Source: Bacteroidota bacterium (GTDB lineage: Bacteria > Bacteroidota > Bacteroidia > Bacteroidales > VadinHA17). From it: a stretch of DNA of 46,614 bases. Shown here one piece after another: positions 25,119 to 32,964 of the stretch. The stretch covers positions 8,276-54,889 of the forward strand of contig JBBIIS010000002.1 in assembly GCA_037446375.1 (NCBI GenBank), read 5' to 3'. A program made the translations under genes and the position numbers. Numbering within the stretch: the first letter of the stretch is position 1; each line of letters opens with the position of its first letter. The notes beneath the pieces were generated by a model. The model did not search any database and had not been told where the DNA came from. It was given only the letters and a program-made list of their open reading frames with translations.

Positions 25119-27050
25119 TCAGAACAGCTTTATAAAAACGACTTTCCTGTCGTCCATTGTCGATGTCTTTTCACAGAATGCAACAAAATCCGTATAATCA
25201 GGAACCGGAAAGTCTCCATTAAACATTTTAAATGATCTTACATATATTATTCTTTTTTCATCGTAAGTGACAGAAGTGCTGTATTCACCGAATTTTGTGA
25301 CGATTTTCTTATTCTCAGGAACCTGCTCAACCCTGTAGCTGAGCGGAATTTTAAAAACAATGGTGTCGGTCTGTGTATAGGGTCTCTTTATCCTGATTAT
25401 TGATTTCCTGTCAGTAGTCCTGTATGGCAGTTTTCCGAATCTTGTCATCAGATTTGGATTGAAGAGGATCCTGTTCCCTGTAAGGGTTCCATAGTTCGGA
25501 AGGGTCAGGTTTAATTCCTCGGTCACAAACGGGTCCTTATCCCTGATCTCAGAATAGTTTATTTTGTCTACATTAAATGATTTTACAGGTATTTTTTTCT
25601 GCACCTCTTTCAATAAATCAGCATTGTCAAGTTTCAAAAAAGGGTAGATTTCATCATAATCAAGGCCTTTATAGACTGTTGATACAAATGTTACAGCATT
25701 TCCTTCACCATCGATAGTTACATCAGCTTTTCTCAACTGAAGATTCTCGGAGCCATTGTACTTTCTCGTTTTTACAATGGCTCCACCCTCATTTCGAATA
25801 AGCAGGACATGCCTGTCGTCGGTAAACTTTCCCATATATCCAGCAGGGAGATCCTGACTCGTACACTCAAGCCAGGTAGTATCTTTTTCATGCGGTATGC
25901 AAACGATGACATGGTTAAACTGGTTGGAGGGGAAATCATATCTGATATCGGGAGAATGATCTCCGGCATTTACAAGCGTGTAGTAACTTTTTATTCCGGC
26001 AATGTTAAGAAGAGACCTCATATAGTTTGATAGTGCCTTGCAATCGCCATAAGAGAGCCTGTCTATTGTCTCTGCGTCTATTGTCTGCCATCCGCCAAGG
26101 CCAACCTGAATACTCACATACCTTACCTTTTCCTGTAATAAATGATACAGAAAATCTATCTTTTCTTTCTCGGAGCTTTTCTGTGCAAGAAGGTCCTTTA
26201 TTCTATTAGTTGTCTCTTCGCTGAGTTCCGTTCTTCCTTCGTTTATATTAAGTATCCAGTCTCCAAAATCTTTCCATGTTTTGTAATCACCGGCATATCC
26301 TGATATTTTAAATTTTTCGGGAGCAATGTAAACCATTGGCGTATACTCTGAAAGATCTGCGCTGTATTGTTCCTCTTTAAGGGCCGGTTTATTTTTTACA
26401 ATCCACTTAAAGGAGGTCCTTAGCTTATTATTTTCTGTGTCAATTGTTTTAACGCATGAGTCAGTCATGTTCCGTTCCAGATACCTGAGGCCAAAATCCT
26501 TTGGCACCATGATATCAAAGCTCATATTTTCAACAGAAATATTATAGGAATCATACATCCTCATATCGGGATAATTCAGCAAGCCTGTATAATCGATTTC
26601 GTATGTGTACTCAACCGTAAATGGTACCGCTCTGTAATTTGGATCGAGAAATTTCACCCTGTCATCGTCATAAAGTGTATAACCCGAAATAGCAGAATAG
26701 TCCTGTAATTGAATGTTTGTGTTCTTCTTTATTTTATTGCCATCCTGATCATACATGGTCCAGTCAAATTTTTTAATCTTTCTGAATTTGTCGTAGAAGT
26801 CATAAAAAACTGATTTATCAACCCCGTTCTGGTTCAGGATAGTGATGGCATAGGTGACTCTCTTTACGGCCTTGTCGAGGTCTGTGACCTCAAAATAGGT
26901 CTCGCTGTTTCTTACGACGGCTTTTGCATTGATCAGCAGCTCCTTTGGAATATCCGATACCTTGTATCTTGGCTGAGAGTAGACACTTAGCGTTAAAATT
27001 GCCAGTACCCCTCCAATAAAAGCGGATCTGGAATCAATTGATCGTACCAT
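25119..27050 (-). CDS. DUF3857-type protein with an apparently intact transglutaminase-like Cys-protease core
   Basis: Signal peptide. Core ...SYGDCKALSNYMRSLLNIAGIKSYY...FNHVIVCIPHEKDTTWLECTS supplies the Cys, the His and an acidic residue in the usual transglutaminase-like spacing. Confidence 0.7.
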   Translation of the reverse strand: MVRSIDSRSAFIGGVLAILTLSVYSQPRYKVSDIPKELLINAKAVVRNSETYFEVTDLDKAVKRVTYAITILNQNGVDKSVFYDFYDKFRKIKKFDWTMYDQDGNKIKKNTNIQLQDYSAISGYTLYDDDRVKFLDPNYRAVPFTVEYTYEIDYTGLLNYPDMRMYDSYNISVENMSFDIMVPKDFGLRYLERNMTDSCVKTIDTENNKLRTSFKWIVKNKPALKEEQYSADLSEYTPMVYIAPEKFKISGYAGDYKTWKDFGDWILNINEGRTELSEETTNRIKDLLAQKSSEKEKIDFLYHLLQEKVRYVSIQVGLGGWQTIDAETIDRLSYGDCKALSNYMRSLLNIAGIKSYYTLVNAGDHSPDIRYDFPSNQFNHVIVCIPHEKDTTWLECTSQDLPAGYMGKFTDDRHVLLIRNEGGAIVKTRKYNGSENLQLRKADVTIDGEGNAVTFVSTVYKGLDYDEIYPFLKLDNADLLKEVQKKIPVKSFNVDKINYSEIRDKDPFVTEELNLTLPNYGTLTGNRILFNPNLMTRFGKLPYRTTDRKSIIRIKRPYTQTDTIVFKIPLSYRVEQVPENKKIVTKFGEYSTSVTYDEKRIIYVRSFKMFNGDFPVPDYTDFVAFCEKTSTMDDRKVVFIKLF

Positions 27051-27051
27051 A

Positions 27052-28908
27052 TTATACTTTCTTAAATATCACAGGTTCAGATTCTTTCTTTACAAGCTGA
27101 TCATAAAACTCCCTCAAATTAAGATACTGATCAGTCGTAATAAGAGTTTTTGTTATCGACAATTTTGATGTTATTTTAATTTCGGCACCATTATTTACTG
27201 CATCAAACAGGAAAGTTGCGCTGTTATCCGGCATTCTGAGAACAATCTTTGCAGGCAGTGTATTAACTGCATAACCCGCTGGTATTTTCAGCGTTGTAAT
27301 TACAGTGTTATCACTTTTATAGCCATAATCGATGGGAAATTTTCTTTCCTCAGACTTAAAGGGATTTTCAAACACCTGGTCATAGAGCATTGGCAATATA
27401 TATAGTTCGTCGCCTATCGAACTTACCTTGCCTGAAATATTCACCTTATAGTTTTCGACGACCGGCTTGTACAGGCTGTCAAGGTTTTCAATCTTCGGAT
27501 CCTCTATCAGCAATCCCACTTTTTCTTTTCTATAGTCGTCGAGAAACTCATCCAGGCTGTTGAAAGAATGATATTTCTTCCTCAGATCAAGGGCGGCATA
27601 ATCTGTATTTACTGTATTTATATTCCCTTTAAGAGCATTATCCTCAGCAAGTTCCAGATTATACATTGTTACCTTCCTGTTGGCCCGCGGCGCCGACAGG
27701 TCCACAAGCTGGCTTCCGGTCTTGACAACTGTCCTTCCGTTGTGATTAAGGCAGCGAAAGGGCAACAGATAACATGGCATGTAGCTTTCAGAAGCATCAA
27801 GTAAATATTTGGTACCACCAACAGTTGCCTGAACAATAACGTAGTTAAGCATACTGTATGAGGGTGATATAGCAGGAAGAATGCCGTTTTTTCGTGTGCT
27901 CAGACCAACCGGTACAACTTCTATATTCAGCTTGTTCAATAACTGGTAGAGCATAAGGTTAATATCAGCCGAATTCCCAGTTTTCTTTTTATATACAGTA
28001 CTGAGAGTGGGACTGGAGGTATAGAATGACTCAATCTCATTCCATTTCATTACCTGTCTTATAGAATCGAATGCCATTTTCAGCTCTTCCGTACCGGAAG
28101 CTCCTGTAGATCTTATTTTTTTTGCCAGATCGGACAAATATCCCGACATATCCATAGCTTTTCCGAAGGCATCAAGGCTGAGCATGTCAGTAAAAACATT
28201 ATCCCATGTAGTTGCAAACTGATGATAGTTAACTATCTCAAGGATGTCAAGCCGAAGCTTGGTAAGGTAGTTTTCTTTTGAATTCATTAACGGTTCCTCT
28301 TTAAAAGCGGGTATATTCTGTGCCACCCATCTGTTAGGAGTTGATACTGTAAGGTGTTCAAGACCGTAAAATGTGAACTTAAATCTGATCCTTGTGGATG
28401 ATTCAATATTAAGTTCGCTGTATCTTACAGGAATAATATCCTGAAAATCCCACTCCCTGGGCATTCCGTTGTAAGAGAACTCAAGATCAATAATTGAACC
28501 GACCTTGACATTCGGCATTGCAATCCTGAGCTGGTAACTCTGCCCGGTAAGATGCTCAGTGAAAATGGATTCATTCCTGAGCTTTTCCTGAACAATTTTA
28601 CCATCCACAAGATTGCATGTAATACCTTTAAGCTTAGTATTAGGGTCTGTCGGGAATGCTGCATTCGCCCAGGAATAACCCTCCTTTTTCAATATCTTTA
28701 TCCTCAGGTTTCTTGTGAACTGGAAATTGCTTTCCCTGAAGTATCCATAATCACATAATATTGCGGCAGCTGCAGTTGTATCTGCAGGATAAACTTTCAT
28801 CAGCATATCTGCCATGTCAATATCTCCGTATCTTATTGGAGATTTCTGAGAGAACATACTGAGATGTATCAGAATGAACAAGGTGACAACTGCGAGATTT
28901 TTTTTCAT
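27052..28908 (-). CDS. DUF3857/DUF3858-type transglutaminase-like paralogue lacking the catalytic Cys and His
   Basis: Signal peptide. The equivalent core reads ...TGNSADINLMLYQLLNKLNIEVV...LNYVIVQATVGGTKYLLDASE, with Cys->Ser and His->Tyr. Its stop lies 1 nt from the start of the downstream paralogue. Confidence 0.65.
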   Translation of the reverse strand: MKKNLAVVTLFILIHLSMFSQKSPIRYGDIDMADMLMKVYPADTTAAAAILCDYGYFRESNFQFTRNLRIKILKKEGYSWANAAFPTDPNTKLKGITCNLVDGKIVQEKLRNESIFTEHLTGQSYQLRIAMPNVKVGSIIDLEFSYNGMPREWDFQDIIPVRYSELNIESSTRIRFKFTFYGLEHLTVSTPNRWVAQNIPAFKEEPLMNSKENYLTKLRLDILEIVNYHQFATTWDNVFTDMLSLDAFGKAMDMSGYLSDLAKKIRSTGASGTEELKMAFDSIRQVMKWNEIESFYTSSPTLSTVYKKKTGNSADINLMLYQLLNKLNIEVVPVGLSTRKNGILPAISPSYSMLNYVIVQATVGGTKYLLDASESYMPCYLLPFRCLNHNGRTVVKTGSQLVDLSAPRANRKVTMYNLELAEDNALKGNINTVNTDYAALDLRKKYHSFNSLDEFLDDYRKEKVGLLIEDPKIENLDSLYKPVVENYKVNISGKVSSIGDELYILPMLYDQVFENPFKSEERKFPIDYGYKSDNTVITTLKIPAGYAVNTLPAKIVLRMPDNSATFLFDAVNNGAEIKITSKLSITKTLITTDQYLNLREFYDQLVKKESEPVIFKKV

Positions 28909-29138
28909 ATGTTAAAATAAAAATTAGACTGAACCGGTTCATGCGACATGTCAACCGGTAATTACACCCGGATAAACAATTATAGATTAATTATCTGCAA
29001 ATAATCCTTCCTTCACATCAGAATACCTAACCAAATTTAGATAATTGGAAATACTTTTCAAAGGGAAAAACTCATGATCTTTAAAATCATTTATTATACT
29101 ATTTTTACTCAGCCAAACCGATCAAGCTATTAATATAA

Positions 29139-30782
29139 ATGAAACGATTTACATATGCTTCATTAATGATTGCCATTACCATGGCAACATCCAAACCCGC
29201 ATTTACACAGGAGCTGCGGATACCTTCCGAATTATATTCAAGAGCCGAAAGGACAGGATACCTCGAGACATCTCACGACAGCGACGTTGTGAAATTTTGC
29301 GTTACAGCCGGAAAACTCAGCGGTTACGCGCATGTTGAGAGTTTTGGCAAGACTGCGGGAAATAACGATCTAATGATGGTCGTTCTTGCGAACCCGAAGG
29401 TATCAACACCTGAAGAGGCTGTTGCATCAGGCAAGCCGGTAATTTATATAGAAGCGAACATTCATGCCGGTGAGGTCGAGGGGAAAGAGGCCTCAATGCA
29501 GCTGATCCGCGAAATATGTTTTGGACAAAAAAGCGGCCTTCTCAATAACCAGATACTTATTTTCTGCCCCAACTATAATCCTGACGGAAATGACAAGTTA
29601 AGTTCCGACAGCAGATCTTCTCAGGATGGAAGTCCCAGGCTAACAGGGGTGAGAGCATCTGGCGAAGGACTTGATCTTAACCGGGAAGGGATAAAGGCTG
29701 AAGCTCTGGAATCAAAAGCCCTCCTTAAGAATATTATATTGAAATGGGACCCTATTCTCTTCATTGATCTTCATACCGACAACGGTTCGTGGCATGGTTA
29801 CGCACTCAATTATGCTCCTGCATTTCTTACAGCAGGCATGCCGTCAACAACTGGGTACATATCAGACAGCCTTCTGCCAGTTGTTGCAAAGAATGAGCTC
29901 GACAGATCCGGGATCCCGGTCTTTTTCCACGGATATATGAATATTAAAGCGGGCGAGCAGACAACATATTCCACCTATTCACATCTTCCAAGGTATCTTG
30001 TCAACTATATGGGACTCAGGAACAGGATGGCAATACTCAGTGAAACCTTCTCGCATGACAGCTTCGAAAAAAGAGTGCTTAGCAATTATCTCTTTCTTGT
30101 TTCACTTCTGGAGTACACAGCCACACACTCAAAAGAGATGAAAGATGTTGTAGCTAATGCTGACAGGGAAACCATTCGGATGATATCTTCAAAGGGAGGA
30201 ACGATCAGAAAGGGAGTCACTTACAATATCGCTGCCGCCGAAAAGCCTATTGATCTGCTTACCCGCGAGACAGAGGAATTCAGTGACGGGAACGGTAAAA
30301 TCAGAAGACGGCCGACAGGCAGGTTGTTCTGGATACACGATGTCAGGCATTTCGACCATTTTGAACCTGTTATTACATCAGACGTCCCGTTTGGTTACGT
30401 TTTCCCTGCCGAACTGACAGGAGTTGCAGACAAGCTAAAGCAGCATGGCGTTAATGTCACCACTGTCAGCAAGAGGGTAAAGGCGGATGTTGAAGAGTTC
30501 CTGATATCAAAATATACGCAGGATAAACGTCCAGCATATGGAAATCACAAGATGGTATCGGTTGAAGGGCAGTTCAGCCGGAAAAGTGTCGCACTAAAGC
30601 CGGGAAGCTACTATGTTGATATGCGTCAGCCCCTGGCATGGCTTATCTTCTACATGCTCGAACCGCAATCTGACGATGGCTTGCTCCTATGGAACTATTT
30701 TGATGATTATCTCCTTCCAAAAGGAGTTGAAAAGGGATCTGTCCCCTACCCTGTACTGAAGCTCTTAAAGCCTCTAAAATGA
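29139..30782 (+). CDS. secreted M14-family zinc carboxypeptidase
   Basis: Signal peptide. IEANIHAGEVEGKEA matches the HxxE zinc motif context, and NPDGND and DLHT(D) match the later M14 motifs. Confidence 0.7.
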   Translation: MKRFTYASLMIAITMATSKPAFTQELRIPSELYSRAERTGYLETSHDSDVVKFCVTAGKLSGYAHVESFGKTAGNNDLMMVVLANPKVSTPEEAVASGKPVIYIEANIHAGEVEGKEASMQLIREICFGQKSGLLNNQILIFCPNYNPDGNDKLSSDSRSSQDGSPRLTGVRASGEGLDLNREGIKAEALESKALLKNIILKWDPILFIDLHTDNGSWHGYALNYAPAFLTAGMPSTTGYISDSLLPVVAKNELDRSGIPVFFHGYMNIKAGEQTTYSTYSHLPRYLVNYMGLRNRMAILSETFSHDSFEKRVLSNYLFLVSLLEYTATHSKEMKDVVANADRETIRMISSKGGTIRKGVTYNIAAAEKPIDLLTRETEEFSDGNGKIRRRPTGRLFWIHDVRHFDHFEPVITSDVPFGYVFPAELTGVADKLKQHGVNVTTVSKRVKADVEEFLISKYTQDKRPAYGNHKMVSVEGQFSRKSVALKPGSYYVDMRQPLAWLIFYMLEPQSDDGLLLWNYFDDYLLPKGVEKGSVPYPVLKLLKPLK

Positions 30783-30785
30783 AAA

Positions 30786-30856
30786 CGCAGAGCTCAGTGC
30801 CCTGGGCTCAGAGTTCTTTACCTCTGCCCTCCGCTCTGCGCTCTGCGCTTTTTTTT
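30786..30856. terminator. GC-rich compound hairpin with flanking T/A runs; likely bidirectional terminator (M14 gene and tRNA-Leu)
   Basis: - CGCAGAGC (30786..30793) pairs with GCTCTGCG (30840..30847).
- T8 follows at 30849..30856.
- On the minus strand the same stem is followed by TTTT.
- The arms are themselves built of 7-nt periodic units (gcagagc tcagtgc cctgggc tcagagt ... cctctgc cctccgc tctgcgc tctgcgc). Confidence 0.5.
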
Positions 30857-30857
30857 G

Positions 30858-30941
30858 TGCCCAGAACAAGACTCGAACTTGCACACCCTTGCGAGCACCA
30901 GCCCCTCAAGCTGGCGTGTCTACCAATTTCACCATCTGGGC
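30858..30941 (-). tRNA. tRNA-Leu (anticodon GAG)
   Basis: Minus-strand sequence: GCCCAGATGGTGAAATTGGTAGACACGCCAGCTTGAGGGGCTGGTGCTCGCAAGGGTGTGCAAGTTCGAGTCTTGTTCTGGGCA.
- 7-bp acceptor stem GCCCAGA/TCTGGGC.
- Anticodon loop TTGAGGG.
- Long variable arm.
- GTTCGAGTC T-loop.
- No encoded CCA. Confidence 0.9.
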
Positions 30942-30961
30942 GGTAGAACTAAAGGTTTAAA

Positions 30962-30988
30962 GGCTCAGAGGCACAGTGGCACAACGGC
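30962..30988. repeat. 8-nt periodic GC-rich block (ggctcaga ggcacagt ggcacaac ggc)
   Basis: Read directly from the sequence between the two tRNA genes. Confidence 0.6.
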
Positions 30989-31035
30989 TTAAAACCTTGA
31001 TTTCAAAATTGTAATTGTAAAGGAACCTTTTTATT

Positions 31036-31075
31036 CCGCCGTTATGCCGTTGAGCCGTTACGCCGTTGCACCGTT
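31036..31075. repeat. five tandem 8-nt units NNNCCGTT (ccgccgtt atgccgtt gagccgtt acgccgtt gcaccgtt)
   Basis: Read directly. The block lies immediately 3' of tRNA-Leu(CAG) in the tRNA orientation, where it reads AACGGNNN x5. Confidence 0.75.
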
Positions 31076-31081
31076 TTCTGT

Positions 31082-31165
31082 GCCCAGAACAGGACTCGAA
31101 CCTGCACATCATTACTGACACTAGTCCCTGAAACTAGCGCGTCTACCAATTTCGCCATCTGGGCA
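31082..31165 (-). tRNA. tRNA-Leu (anticodon CAG)
   Basis: Minus-strand sequence: GCCCAGATGGCGAAATTGGTAGACGCGCTAGTTTCAGGGACTAGTGTCAGTAATGATGTGCAGGTTCGAGTCCTGTTCTGGGCA.
- 7-bp acceptor stem.
- Anticodon loop TTCAGGG.
- Long variable arm.
- No encoded CCA. Confidence 0.9.
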
Positions 31166-31173
31166 GGTTTTTG

Positions 31174-31247
31174 CTCAGGGCTCATGGCAATGGGCTCAGC
31201 ATAAAATACTAACCCAACCACTGCGCTCTGAACTCTCCGCTCTGAGC
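31174..31247. repeat. two 7-nt periodic GC-rich blocks upstream of tRNA-Leu(CAG)
   Basis: 31174..31200 reads gctcagg gctcatg gcaatgg gctcag. 31220..31247 reads actgcgc tctgaac tctccgc tctgagc. Confidence 0.6.
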
Positions 31248-31321
31248 TTTTTGAATCTTTATTTAGGTTTTAAATAAATGATCCTTCTTCAATGAACGTC
31301 TGCTTAATAGTGCAGCGGGTG

Positions 31322-31329
31322 CAAAAGTA
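31322..31329 (-). promoter_or_regulatory. -7 box TACTTTTG (minus strand), candidate promoter of the tRNA-Leu pair
   Basis: Exact TAnnTTTG match about 155 nt upstream of the tRNA-Leu(CAG) 5' end. The implied leader would contain the periodic blocks. Confidence 0.3.
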
Positions 31330-31475
31330 AAAAAAAAATTAAAAAATCCATTAATTTTTCTTTTTTTCGATCTATTAAACTATTGATTAACTATAACAGG
31401 AAGATTTGCAGTATTGTTTTAACAGGGTGTTCACAAAAAATAATACAATAAAAAATCATATATCGGTAATTAATT

Positions 31476-31483
31476 TATTTTTG
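31476..31483 (+). promoter_or_regulatory. -7 box TATTTTTG, candidate lysC promoter
   Basis: Exact TAnnTTTG match, 18 nt upstream of the uORF ATG (31501) and about 155 nt upstream of the lysC ATG. Confidence 0.4.
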
Positions 31484-31500
31484 ATGCCTGATTTATAAAG

Positions 31501-31551
31501 ATGAATCTTAATTCAAATAAGTTTACAATCATCATGAAGCATCCTGCCTGA
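31501..31551 (+). promoter_or_regulatory. 16-codon upstream ORF (MNLNSNKFTIIMKHPA), candidate leader peptide
   Basis: ATG..TGA read directly. It contains the consecutive aspartate-family codons Thr-Ile-Ile-Met-Lys. The stop lies inside the small hairpin CCTG-cctga-CAGG (31543..31555). Confidence 0.3.
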
Positions 31552-31598
31552 CAGGTCTGCCCCATCTTTATACATCAGAACATTATAAAGATAAAGCA

Positions 31599-31624
31599 GG
31601 CCTGCAGAAAATGCAGGTTTTTTT
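31599..31624 (+). terminator. intrinsic-terminator-like hairpin plus T7 inside the lysC leader (candidate attenuator)
   Basis: GG-CCTGCA (31599..31606), loop GAAAA, TGCAGG-TT (31612..), then a T-run through 31624. It ends 14 nt before the lysC ATG. No plus-strand gene lies upstream for it to terminate. Confidence 0.5.
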
Positions 31625-31638
31625 ATATAGAAAAGGAA

Positions 31639-32964
31639 ATGAAAATAATGAAATTCGGAGGAACCTCGGTTGGCAATCCTGACAGGATGAGAGCCCTGAT
31701 TCCGTTGATAGATGATGAAGACAGAAAAATAGTTGTTCTGTCGGCAATGTCGGGAACAACTAATGCCCTTGTAGAGATATCCAATCAACTCTACGGCGGA
31801 AATATTGACGACGCATCGGACAGGATCGAGGAGATGAGAACTAAATATCATGATGTTGTCGATGAACTCTATACATTTGAGGGGACACGGAATATTGGAC
31901 ATGATATCATAAATTCACATTTCAATTTCCTTTCGGGATTCCTTCATGGCGTTTTCACAAAGATCCAGGAAAAGGCTATTCTGTCGCAGGGTGAACTAAT
32001 CTCAACAACACTCTTCCATCTCCTCCTTCAGGAGAGAAATATCCCGAGTGTACTTCTCCCGGCTCTGAGCTTTATGAGAATTGATAAATACGGTGAACCC
32101 GACCTTTATTATATTGAGGAGAACCTGCTGCGCGAACTTAAGAATCACACTGATGAGCACATTATTATAACACAGGGCTTTATCTGCAGGAACGCCTATG
32201 GCGAGACTGATAATCTCAAAAGGGGGGGCAGTGATTTCAGTGCTTCGCTTATCGGCGCCGCAATAAACGCATCTGAAATACAGATATGGACAGATATTAA
32301 CGGTTTCCATAATAATGATCCGCGGTTCGTTAAAAATACCCACCCAATAAGGAATCTCTCATTTGATGAAGCAGCTGAGCTGGCATATTTCGGAGCCAAG
32401 ATTCTTCATCCCTCGAGTGTAAATCCGGCAAGAGAGAGGAATATACCGGTAAGGCTTAAAAACACGATGGATCCTGATGATCCGGGAACACTGATTACAA
32501 GTACGTGTGTATTCGAGGATTATAAGGCCGTAGCTGCAAAGGACGGGATCTCTGTTATAAGGATCAGATCCGACCGGATGCTGATGGCTTATGGATTCCT
32601 GCGTAAGGTCTTTGAGATTTTCGAGGCATACAGAACTCCGATTGATATGATAACCACATCGGAGGTATCAGTTTCCCTTACCATCGACAACTCAGAGTTT
32701 ATCGGGCCAATAATGAAGGATCTCAGGGAGCTTGGATCAGTCGAGATTGAGGAGAACCAGTCAATAGTATGCATTGTCGGAGATTTCAGGACAGAAAGGA
32801 CAGGTTCTGCACCTGAAATTTTTGAAGCACTTAATACAGTGCCTCTCAAGATGATCTCCTACGGAGGAAGTCCTTACAGCATTTCGCTTCTTATCGACTC
32901 AGGCGATAAGATCAATTCACTGAGATATTTACATGAACACCTATTCAGAAATTCAAATGGCTGA
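31639..32964 (+). CDS. lysC: aspartate kinase
   Basis: MKIMKFGGTSVGNPDRM... (the KFGGTS motif). It has an amino-acid kinase domain plus C-terminal ACT-like repeats, and is followed by overlapping lysA. Confidence 0.9.
   Translation: MKIMKFGGTSVGNPDRMRALIPLIDDEDRKIVVLSAMSGTTNALVEISNQLYGGNIDDASDRIEEMRTKYHDVVDELYTFEGTRNIGHDIINSHFNFLSGFLHGVFTKIQEKAILSQGELISTTLFHLLLQERNIPSVLLPALSFMRIDKYGEPDLYYIEENLLRELKNHTDEHIIITQGFICRNAYGETDNLKRGGSDFSASLIGAAINASEIQIWTDINGFHNNDPRFVKNTHPIRNLSFDEAAELAYFGAKILHPSSVNPARERNIPVRLKNTMDPDDPGTLITSTCVFEDYKAVAAKDGISVIRIRSDRMLMAYGFLRKVFEIFEAYRTPIDMITTSEVSVSLTIDNSEFIGPIMKDLRELGSVEIEENQSIVCIVGDFRTERTGSAPEIFEALNTVPLKMISYGGSPYSISLLIDSGDKINSLRYLHEHLFRNSNG

Noticed and set aside
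30783-31260. CRISPR array, or an integrative element attachment site, at the tRNA-Leu genes
   Set aside because: The repeat units are only 7-8 nt, have no spacers and are degenerate. No integrase, transposase or direct repeat of a tRNA 3' end is present on either side.
31380-31638. Possible lysine riboswitch upstream of lysC (and 34106..34419 upstream of the permease)
   Set aside because: I could not find the conserved L-box elements (the AGAGGNGC-type 5' core or the G-rich junction segments), and the region is too AT-rich and unstructured. The promoter/uORF/terminator reading fits better. A covariance-model scan would settle it.
31513-31902. 129-aa minus-strand ORF overlapping the lysC start
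   Set aside because: It overlaps the clearly real aspartate kinase N-terminus (KFGGTS). The sequence is not protein-like, and the region is better explained by the lysC leader.
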